Assembly: GCA_031359445.1 (NCBI GenBank)
Contig: JANMAE010000071.1
Location: forward strand, 13,029 to 77,028
Length of the DNA stretch: 64,000 nt
Direction of reading: 5' to 3'
Source of the DNA: Hyphomicrobiales bacterium
Lineage (GTDB): Bacteria > Pseudomonadota > Alphaproteobacteria > Rhizobiales > Aestuariivirgaceae
Shown: one piece after another, positions 29,230 to 37,029 of the stretch
Position numbering within the stretch: position 1 is the stretch's first letter
Layout of the letters: each line of letters starts with the position of its first letter
The notes under the pieces: generated by a model
The model's input: the letters and a program-made list of their open reading frames with translations, nothing else
Databases searched by the model: none
What the model was told of the DNA's origin: nothing
Position numbers and translations under genes: made by a program

Positions 29230-30639
29230 ATGGAACACTATGATCTGATCGTGATTGGAAGCGGTCCTGCCGGTCGCAGAGCCGCTATTCAGGCTGCAAA
29301 GCTGGGTCACCGCGTTCTGGTTGTCGAGAATAGGCCAAGGGTAGGGGGTGTCTCCGTCCACACCGGCACTATTCCATCAAAGACCCTTCGCGAAACCGTT
29401 CTCCATCTCTCGGGTTGGCGGGAACGCGGATTCTATGGCCCGGCTCACCGCGCCAAACAGAACATCGCCGACAGCGACCTTGGCACACGGCTCAAAATGA
29501 CCTTGGAACATGAGATTGGAAATCTTGAACACCAGTTCATGCGCAATGGCGTGAAGACATTCACTGGAACGGCACACTTCGTTAGCCCGCATGCGATCGC
29601 AGTGCGCGGCGAGCAGGGCGAAGAACGCTGTTTCGAAGCAGCACGCTTCATCATTGCTGTGGGAACCGTGCCATTCCGTCCGACTCACATTCCCTTTGAC
29701 GGAAGGAATGTGCTCGACAGCGATAATATTGCCAGCGTGCCACGTGTACCGCGCAGCCTGACCGTAGTGGGAGCTGGTGTCATCGGTATTGAATACGCTA
29801 CCATCTTCTCAGCCCTCGATGTCCCTGTCACAATCGTGGAGCCGCGGGAAAATTTCCTCGAATTTGTTGACCGGGAAATCCTGGACGAATTCGTGCATGA
29901 TTTGCGCAGGCGTGGAGTTAATCTGCGGCTTGGGTTTTCAGTCCAAAGCGTGGAGCTGGACGCGCAGGGCTGGACGGTGAGCACACTTAGCGATGGGCGC
30001 ATATTGAGAAGTGAAATTCTTCTTTATACCGGCGGCCGGATTGGCGCCACAGCAGGTCTTGGTCTTGAAAATTGCGGTCTTACCAAAGATGATAGAGGGC
30101 GGATCTCGGTCAATCCCATTACCTTTCAGACGAATGTTCCCCACATTTATGCTGCAGGCGATATCATCGGGTTTCCGAGCCTGGCCTCTACATCAATGGA
30201 GCAGGGTCGTATCGCTGCGTGTCACGCCTTCTCGTCAGCACCTCCCACGGCGGCAAAATTTTTTCCATATGGAATTTACTCGGTTCCGGAAATTTCCTGC
30301 GTCGGGTTGAATGAACGTGAGGTTCGCAACAAGGGCATAGCCTATGAATGCGGCATTGCGCGTTTCAGTGAAACATCACGTGGCCATATCATGGGCCTGC
30401 AATCCGGCATCATGAAACTCATCTTCGCATTGAACGACCGCAAACTGCTGGGCGTTCACATTGTGGGTGAGGGTGCAACTGAACTTGTTCACATTGGTCA
30501 GGCCGTTCTCAATCTCGGCGGCACACTGGATTATTTCGTCGAAAACACTTTCAATTATCCCACGCTGGCTGAGGCCTATAAAATTGCCGCCTTGGATGCC
30601 TTTAATCGCATTGCGGCACAACGCTTAATGGCGAGCTGA
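29230..30639 (+). CDS. sthA: Soluble pyridine nucleotide transhydrogenase (Si-specific NAD(P)+ transhydrogenase)
   Basis: MEHYDLIVIGSGPAGRRAA, GGVSVHTGTIPSKTL (the single Cys-less active-site variant typical of SthA), and a C-terminal FNYPTLAEAYK motif. Confidence 0.85.
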   Translation: MEHYDLIVIGSGPAGRRAAIQAAKLGHRVLVVENRPRVGGVSVHTGTIPSKTLRETVLHLSGWRERGFYGPAHRAKQNIADSDLGTRLKMTLEHEIGNLEHQFMRNGVKTFTGTAHFVSPHAIAVRGEQGEERCFEAARFIIAVGTVPFRPTHIPFDGRNVLDSDNIASVPRVPRSLTVVGAGVIGIEYATIFSALDVPVTIVEPRENFLEFVDREILDEFVHDLRRRGVNLRLGFSVQSVELDAQGWTVSTLSDGRILRSEILLYTGGRIGATAGLGLENCGLTKDDRGRISVNPITFQTNVPHIYAAGDIIGFPSLASTSMEQGRIAACHAFSSAPPTAAKFFPYGIYSVPEISCVGLNEREVRNKGIAYECGIARFSETSRGHIMGLQSGIMKLIFALNDRKLLGVHIVGEGATELVHIGQAVLNLGGTLDYFVENTFNYPTLAEAYKIAALDAFNRIAAQRLMAS

Positions 30640-30645
30640 GGTTTC

Positions 30646-32748
30646 TTAGCCAGTGAGGCGCTTATCGGTTGCAGTAGGCAACCTGAATTCTGACAATTGT
30701 TCTACGGCAAGATCGTTCACGATAGTGCTGTAAGGCATGGGTTTTCCGAAATAATAGCCTTGCATGATCTTGCAGCCAGCACGCAACAGTGTATCCACCT
30801 GCCACTTTGTTTCCACGCCTTCGGCCACGACGCCTATGCCCAAATCCCTGCCAATGCCGAGCACCGCACGGATGACAGCGAGGTTAGCGGGAACCCCATG
30901 AATACCATGAACGAATGAGCGGTCAATTTTCACCTTGTTGAATTGAAAGCGCTGCAGATAACTCAAGGAGGAATAGCCCATTCCAAAGTCATCAAGCGCA
31001 ATGCCGACACCCATGGCCTGTATGTCACGCAGGAGTTTCTCGGCGAGTGCCTCATCCGAAAGGATGGCGGATTCCGTTATCTCAAGAATAAGGCGCGCCG
31101 GGTCGAGTTTCGTTTCCTCAAGCACGCGCCGTAACTTTATCAATATGCTGGCTGAGCGGAACTGGGTAGGCGATACATTGACCGCAACGTTGAGCCGGGT
31201 TGGCAGGATTGCCATTTGCTGGCACGCCCGCTTGATGGCCCAGTTGCCAAGTTCGGTCATGAGGCCCGCTTCTTCCGCAATGGATATGAATTGGTCAGGC
31301 GGAAGGAATCCACGCTTGGGGTGGTTCCATCGCATCAGAGCTTCAAAGCCTTCAGCTTGCCCTGTGCTGCCTTCTACGATGGGCTGATAGTATAATTCAA
31401 GTTGGTCGGCGGCTATCGCGGAACGAAGGTCATGTTCCAGCTCCTTGCGAATTTGAATCCCGGATCTCAACTCGGTATCAAAAATCCGGAAGCCGTTGCG
31501 TCCTGCAGCTTTTGCCTGATACATGGCAAAATCCGCATTGCTCAACAATTCTTCGGCATCATCAGCATGCTGAGGAAACATGGAAATGCCGATACTGGCG
31601 CCAAGCGTCACGTCCTGGCCTTTGATGCGCAAGGGCTGGCTCATTGCGGCAACGATGTTTTTCGCGAGAGTTTCTATGGTTTCCTTGTGTGTGATACCCG
31701 GTTGAAGAATAGCAAACTCATCTCCGCCGATGCGGGCGAGCAGACTGGATTCTTCCACAAGCGACTCGAGCCTCTTCGCCAAAAGTTTCAGCACAATATC
31801 GCCTGCTGCGTGACCGAGCAGATCATTGATTTCCTTGAACCGATCAAAGTCGATTGAGTAAAGCGTGCAACCATTCTTGCCGGGCTTGGTTTCTTGCTCA
31901 AGGCAAGTCAAAAAGCGGAACCGGCTTGCCACGCCAGTGAGGGTATCCCGATTTGCCTGGCGTTCGATCAGCCCCAGTGTTGTTATGCGCTCGGTGGCGT
32001 CCTGGATCGTGCCTTCAATAAACATCGGCGTTCCGTTGGCATCGCGAACATACCACGCATTTTCCGTAATCCATATTCGTTCACGTGACCGGTGCCGGTG
32101 GACCTCCGAAACAAAATCTCTCACGCGCCCTTCGGAACTCAAGATTCTTTTGAATTCTTCCGAACGTTTCGGATCGACATACCATTTCACCGGATTTGTA
32201 CTCAATGCAGCAATATATTCAGCCTCAGTTTCATAACCATTCAAGTGGGCAATAGCTGTGTTGCCGCGAACGGGCTTGCCCGCCAGCGTATCGCGATAAA
32301 TCCCGCAAATGGCATTTTCAAAAAGGCTACGGTATTCCGCCTCAAGCAAATGTTGATCGCTTTGCCCTTTGCGTTCAGCCGTGATATCGTCAATGACAAG
32401 GACCACGCCGCCTTTTTCCATTTTTTGAGCGCGTATCTTGATCAGCTTGTTGGAGATGGTCTGTAGTTCGACGCATGAGGAAGTACTATCATATGCAATT
32501 TCCAGCATGCCGAGCTCTGGCCTGACATCATCCAGTTTGAACGGCTGGGATGTGAGATGCTCCGGCAATTCAAGCAACGCGAGAGCCTTGGAATTGCAGA
32601 CATGCACCTCAGCCCGCGCGTCTATCATCATGACGCCAAGGTTCAGGGCTTCTAGCGTATTTTCAAATTGCTCGCGCCAACGATCTTCTCTGGTTGCGGT
32701 CATAGCGGCAGCATTGCAAGACCTGTCAGTAACAGCTTTCCAAGGCAT
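30646..32748 (-). CDS. PAS-PAS-GGDEF-EAL c-di-GMP signalling protein
   Basis: GGDEF (RIGGDEFAIL) and EAL-domain motifs EALMRW, DDFGMGYSSLSYL, KIDRSF and AEGVET are all intact. The N-terminal half is PAS-like. Confidence 0.9.
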   Translation of the reverse strand: MPWKAVTDRSCNAAAMTATREDRWREQFENTLEALNLGVMMIDARAEVHVCNSKALALLELPEHLTSQPFKLDDVRPELGMLEIAYDSTSSCVELQTISNKLIKIRAQKMEKGGVVLVIDDITAERKGQSDQHLLEAEYRSLFENAICGIYRDTLAGKPVRGNTAIAHLNGYETEAEYIAALSTNPVKWYVDPKRSEEFKRILSSEGRVRDFVSEVHRHRSRERIWITENAWYVRDANGTPMFIEGTIQDATERITTLGLIERQANRDTLTGVASRFRFLTCLEQETKPGKNGCTLYSIDFDRFKEINDLLGHAAGDIVLKLLAKRLESLVEESSLLARIGGDEFAILQPGITHKETIETLAKNIVAAMSQPLRIKGQDVTLGASIGISMFPQHADDAEELLSNADFAMYQAKAAGRNGFRIFDTELRSGIQIRKELEHDLRSAIAADQLELYYQPIVEGSTGQAEGFEALMRWNHPKRGFLPPDQFISIAEEAGLMTELGNWAIKRACQQMAILPTRLNVAVNVSPTQFRSASILIKLRRVLEETKLDPARLILEITESAILSDEALAEKLLRDIQAMGVGIALDDFGMGYSSLSYLQRFQFNKVKIDRSFVHGIHGVPANLAVIRAVLGIGRDLGIGVVAEGVETKWQVDTLLRAGCKIMQGYYFGKPMPYSTIVNDLAVEQLSEFRLPTATDKRLTG

Positions 32749-32874
32749 TTCAGAGTAAAGTGCACGGCAAACTCACGCATAATTGCTGATACTGAAGTAA
32801 GGGTAAGTAACGTATCAAGATATTATCCAAGGGCTAAATATCCCGTTAATTCAAGCATTTTGCTTTTCCGGCAG

Positions 32875-33177
32875 CTATCGATGTTCTTCAGCGCAAGAGG
32901 AAGTTTCAGTAACCATGCAGCAAACATATTTCTTGGGGACTGCATGCAATTTGGAATAATCCGATGCCTTTGCGGCGCAGTTGCTGAGACCTGATATCTT
33001 TCCCAGTAACAACTCAGTGTTGTCAGGCAGGATGAAATTCACGTTGTAATTGGCCTTTTCGATCTCCTTGCAGTTAAAGCCGCTTGGTGAATAAGACGAA
33101 CATTCATCTTCGCAGCCGCCCAAAGATGTCAAAGCGACAATCGAAATGACAAAGGCCACTGCTGTCGAATGAATCAT
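32875..33177 (-). CDS. Small Cys-rich putative lipoprotein
   Basis: Lipobox LTSLGGC after a hydrophobic N-terminus; 8 Cys in about 100 aa. ATG 33177 is preceded by AAGGAAG at 7 nt. Confidence 0.4.
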   Translation of the reverse strand: MIHSTAVAFVISIVALTSLGGCEDECSSYSPSGFNCKEIEKANYNVNFILPDNTELLLGKISGLSNCAAKASDYSKLHAVPKKYVCCMVTETSSCAEEHR

Positions 33178-33328
33178 TGCAGGACTTCCTTTTAACCTTC
33201 GATTTATGATGCACATACCTTTCCCCAATCTTATGTGGTGCTCATCTCTGCGCAAGGCACAGGCAAGCATGGGTACTTATGACCCCCATGATGGCAAATG
33301 AAACCGGGCCACATCTAAGTTTGAATTC

Positions 33329-34018
33329 ATGACCGGGCGGGGAATGCGATTGCTCAACAACATAGTGGGAAGGAGACGGGTTTTTTGCCTCGGGTCACTG
33401 GTTTTTCTGTGCTTTGTTCCTTTATCCACAAGCAACGCGTTTGCATGCGGTGTGCTCATGGGCCAAGTCTTTCAGGATAGTAACCACAACGGATATCAGG
33501 AACCTGACGAGCCTGGCCTCGCAGGTGTAAAAATTATGTCGGCGCAGGGCTTGCGGATGACCACAGATGTAAATGGCCGTTTCCATGTGGATTGCTCTCA
33601 CTTTGCAACCACTCACTGTTCGGCGTTTCAAGTGATAAAGCTTGATTCACATGCGCTGCCGGAAGGATATTACCTCGCTAATCAAACGCCTCGTGTTGTG
33701 TATCTGACACCTCACAAGGTCACAAAGCTGAATTATGGCGTTCAGCCCTTTCCGCTGGTTGCGGTGAATGTGTCTGCGGATGCATTTGAAAAAGACGGGA
33801 CCAAGTTGAATGTCAAAGCCTTGAACGGCATGAGGCTGCTGCTCAAGACATTAATGCACTCGCCTTCCCAATTGCGGATAGTTTATCACGATAGTGGTAG
33901 CAATCGGGATCTCGCGCACGGCCGGGCAGAGGCTTTTGAAGAAGCGGTGCAACTGCGCTGGCAAAAGTCCAATTCTCCCTACAGGCTGCCAATAGAAATA
34001 CGGGTGATTACACAGTGA
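33329..34018 (+). CDS. Secreted protein with an SdrD-B/Cna-B-like domain and a degenerate OmpA-C-like tail
   Basis: Signal peptide ...CFVPLSTSNAFA. GQVFQDSNHNGYQEPDEPGLAGVKI...TDVNGRFH resembles SD-repeat B-type domains. The C-terminal LRIVYHDSGSNRDLAHGRAEAFEEAV resembles the OmpA-like peptidoglycan-binding motif. Confidence 0.4.
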   Translation: MTGRGMRLLNNIVGRRRVFCLGSLVFLCFVPLSTSNAFACGVLMGQVFQDSNHNGYQEPDEPGLAGVKIMSAQGLRMTTDVNGRFHVDCSHFATTHCSAFQVIKLDSHALPEGYYLANQTPRVVYLTPHKVTKLNYGVQPFPLVAVNVSADAFEKDGTKLNVKALNGMRLLLKTLMHSPSQLRIVYHDSGSNRDLAHGRAEAFEEAVQLRWQKSNSPYRLPIEIRVITQ

Positions 34019-35091
34019 TTAAAAAGCTCGACGCAATGACTGAACGAAATCCGACAACCATTCGCAATTTCGTAGCATTGGCGGCAATTTGTCTGGGTTT
34101 CTTTGCTGTCTCGATGGTGATTTGGTCCAATGGGATGAGTGTTATTGGTACTCTGTCAATACATCGCCCATCGGTTGCATATCAAAATCTAATCATGATT
34201 GGCACTATTATAGGATTGAGCAGTCTCTCACTTTTATCCCTCATGATTCCGGAATCCCGTTCAATTGAAGCCAGCATTGCGGATATAACCCGGCAGACGA
34301 CGGATGCGGAAGCTTCCTTTGCGGGGATTGAGAAAGAAGTAACCACCAATCTGGACCGCATCATCAACTTGCTCAAGAATCATTCCGAGGTGAGCCGCCT
34401 TTATTCCACCTCTCTGGACAATGCCGGCAGAAATCTCATTGAGCTGACGTCACCCGAGCAATTGCGTATGGCTATTGGTTACCTGATTGCCGAAAATAAC
34501 AAGATGCGCAAGGAAACCGGCGATCTCCAAGCCAACCTCAAAGAATCCGAGGTGCAGATTGAACGCCTCCGAGAAAATCTGGAACTTGCAGAAAAAACCG
34601 GGATGAAGGATTCTCTGACCTCGCTCTGGAACCGCCGGGCATTCGACAAGATGCTCGATCTCCAAGTGGAGTTGGCGCCGCAAAAGAAAACGCCTGTATG
34701 CCTGATTCTGGTTGATATTGATCATTTCAAGAAAATCAACGACAGGTTCGGACATCTGGTGGGTGATGAAATTCTCAAGCTGGTGGGCAATACGCTCGCA
34801 AAGAATGTGAAGGGACGCGATTTTATTGCGCGCTTCGGCGGCGAAGAGTTTGCAATAATTTTGCCGGAAACATCGCTGGGGAATGCCATCATTCTTGCTT
34901 CGCAACTCCGGCAACACCTTGAATCCCAAAAGTGGGTGTTGAGCAAGCGCAATGAAGTCGTGGGAACAGTCACGGCATCTTTCGGCATTTCTCAATTGCG
35001 ATCAGGCGAATCGAAAGAATCATTCTTGGAACACGCCGACAAGAAACTTTATGACGCAAAGAACTCCGGCAGAAATCGCGTTGTCAGTTGA
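34015..35091 (+). CDS. Membrane-anchored diguanylate cyclase (2 TM + coiled coil + GGDEF)
   Basis: RFGGEEFAII active site and SLWNRRAF start of the GGDEF domain. The start overlaps the upstream stop by 4 nt (GTGA). Confidence 0.85.
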   Translation: MIKKLDAMTERNPTTIRNFVALAAICLGFFAVSMVIWSNGMSVIGTLSIHRPSVAYQNLIMIGTIIGLSSLSLLSLMIPESRSIEASIADITRQTTDAEASFAGIEKEVTTNLDRIINLLKNHSEVSRLYSTSLDNAGRNLIELTSPEQLRMAIGYLIAENNKMRKETGDLQANLKESEVQIERLRENLELAEKTGMKDSLTSLWNRRAFDKMLDLQVELAPQKKTPVCLILVDIDHFKKINDRFGHLVGDEILKLVGNTLAKNVKGRDFIARFGGEEFAIILPETSLGNAIILASQLRQHLESQKWVLSKRNEVVGTVTASFGISQLRSGESKESFLEHADKKLYDAKNSGRNRVVS

Positions 35092-35141
35092 GACCAGTTT
35101 TTTGAAGCATCTCCATCCCCACGCAAGACATCAGGTACAAG

Positions 35142-35693
35142 ATGCAAAGGATTGAAATGCAGAAGAGGTCTACGTCCGTGGTTAAAGAGGGCTTCGTACA
35201 GACAGCTAGTGACGTAGCGTTAAACACCGCATCCATTTTTCTGGCGGTTTTTGCTGCATCTTTTGCGTGGTACATGATTGCCTACGGACCAGGCGACGAC
35301 AAAGAAGGAATTCCCAAGGTGACTTTGGCTCTTCAGCCGTTCGGAGCCCCGCTGGTCAAGCTCGGCACCTACGATAATCTTGATCCGATTGTAACCGGAA
35401 GCATATCCAGGTTATCATCAAATGACCCGCATACCATCCTGCAGGCCTTCAAGCTTGCCCCAGGCAATGCGCATCTGCAATATAATTTGCGGGCTGTATT
35501 CCAGGATACCGCATATGTGGATGTGACCGACGGCAAGGCATTGGTAACCGTTCCCGTCGCAAAAGGCGATCCGTTGCCAGGAATTGGCAATGTATTGCGT
35601 CTGGAAAAACGCCAGGGGCGATGGACCTTGGTAACGGAATCAGCGGAGATCACGGAAGAGGGCATATTGAGCCTTACTTCCAAGCTTAAGTGA
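35142..35693 (+). CDS. Hypothetical single-pass membrane protein
   Basis: One predicted TM (IFLAVFAASFAWYMIAY) followed by a soluble domain with no recognisable motif. Confidence 0.35.
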   Translation: MQRIEMQKRSTSVVKEGFVQTASDVALNTASIFLAVFAASFAWYMIAYGPGDDKEGIPKVTLALQPFGAPLVKLGTYDNLDPIVTGSISRLSSNDPHTILQAFKLAPGNAHLQYNLRAVFQDTAYVDVTDGKALVTVPVAKGDPLPGIGNVLRLEKRQGRWTLVTESAEITEEGILSLTSKLK

Positions 35694-35712
35694 AGCTGGA
35701 CCAGCACTTCCC

Positions 35713-35958
35713 TTAATGAAGCATTATTCCAACAAACACGGCGGCGGCAGAAAAACACGCACCTGCGAGGAAACTTATAAGAAGTGACTGCTGGTTTTCA
35801 CGCTGCACATCCAGTTCGCGCAATTTCACGAGCTCGGTAATAGCTTCATCGGCAGCTTTTGCTGCTTCCGACGGCGCCAGGCTGCTGACAGCTCGGCCAC
35901 GCCAGTAGTTTGTCTGAATATTGTCCATTTGCAGAAAACATTGCAAATGCCGTGCCAA
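35713..35958 (-). CDS. Small hypothetical protein with a C-terminal TM segment, downstream of the MerR gene
   Basis: The ORF lies 9 nt after the MerR stop. C-terminal hydrophobic LLISFLAGACFSAAAVFVGIML. The start is uncertain: TTG 35958 or ATG 35928. Confidence 0.3.
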   Translation of the reverse strand: MARHLQCFLQMDNIQTNYWRGRAVSSLAPSEAAKAADEAITELVKLRELDVQRENQQSLLISFLAGACFSAAAVFVGIMLH

Positions 35959-35967
35959 GCCACGATT

Positions 35968-36426
35968 TTAGGGTTTGGAAAAAACGGAAAGCAAGCGCTC
36001 AGAACCTGCGGTTCTGAATTGCTCCAATATGGAGGAGGTTTCCTCTATTTGTTTTGTCAGTTCATTCTGTCTTGAATGCAATGTTTCCAAATGACTGACC
36101 AGCACGTTGGCATTCAAACTGGAATTGGTTGAATCTTCGTTGTTCTTGATCATGGCACGAATTTGGGCAATTCCAATCCCCAAGCGTCGCAGGGTGAGAA
36201 CATCTTTCAGACGACGCACATCCGAACTCATATAAGTTCTGAAACGACCATGCCTGGGTGGCGACAAAAGGCCCTCGCGCTCATAAAACCTGATGGTTTT
36301 TGGATCGACCCCGGTCTCCACGGCGAGTTCACCAATGAACATAAAGTCACCCGGCGGCGACCTGTCCTGCGACTGCAAGATGTCCTCAGATTCAGCGAAA
36401 AGTGCTGAATTTAACCGGCTATCCAT
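35968..36426 (-). CDS. MerR-family transcriptional regulator
   Basis: HTH region FIGELAVETGVDPKTIRFYEREGLL, followed by a coiled-coil dimerisation helix. Confidence 0.8.
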   Translation of the reverse strand: MDSRLNSALFAESEDILQSQDRSPPGDFMFIGELAVETGVDPKTIRFYEREGLLSPPRHGRFRTYMSSDVRRLKDVLTLRRLGIGIAQIRAMIKNNEDSTNSSLNANVLVSHLETLHSRQNELTKQIEETSSILEQFRTAGSERLLSVFSKP

Positions 36427-37029
36427 ATCAAATTATTCCCTGTGCTTAATCAGCGTTTCAATCAGTACACCATAAATCAATGACATTCTATGGTTGTGTG
36501 AGCCTTACACTCATGATTTCCAACAAAGGAATTTAAAAATTTACTCTAGGTATTTGTAATCAATAGGTAATAATAATTTATCGGATCCTAGAATATTTTT
36601 TCTGCATGAGAAATATTCTCAAAACGCATAACTTCAGACAGTGTGCACAAATACAATAAAGGGACTTTACAACTAAAAATAGTAAAACGAATTGGAAGCG
36701 ATATTTGAATCAATAACGTTTCCAATCAAGACTTTGTTCCCGCCCGAGAGGGAATAGAGGAAGTTACAGTAACTGTAAATTACTACAGCTGCTGGCAAGA
36801 CTTAATATATCTAACGAATATACATTTCAGAAGAGTAAAAAAATCATATATACTATATTACATCAAAGTATAAATAGATGTACTGCCTTTAATATACTGA
36901 AATAGATAAGTATAAAATCCGAAATTAACCCTTATTTAACCGTAAACATACAATTGTTGGTGCATTAGCTGGTTGGTTATATTTGCGTATATTTAAGCAA
37001 AAATACCTATTTTAATCGAAGGGGTTGAG
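36427..37029. promoter_or_regulatory. 603-bp strongly AT-rich divergent intergenic region upstream of the flagellar master regulator
   Basis: My hand count gives 164 G+C in the 540 nt from 36481 to 37020, about 30 percent. The flanking coding DNA is visibly much GC-richer. No credible ORF. Confidence 0.6.
36925..36940 (+). promoter_or_regulatory. Candidate CtrA-binding box TTAA-N7-TTAAC
   Basis: The sequence TTAACCCTTATTTAAC is an exact match to the Caulobacter-type CtrA consensus, about 90 nt upstream of the ftcR-like start. A chance match is plausible in AT-rich DNA. Confidence 0.3.

Noticed and set aside
36427-37029. The AT-rich 600-bp block as a horizontally acquired island, IS scar or prophage remnant.
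   Set aside because: There is no integrase, transposase or tRNA, no terminal inverted or direct repeats, and no ORFs. It sits exactly between two divergent regulator genes. A regulatory leader is the simpler reading.
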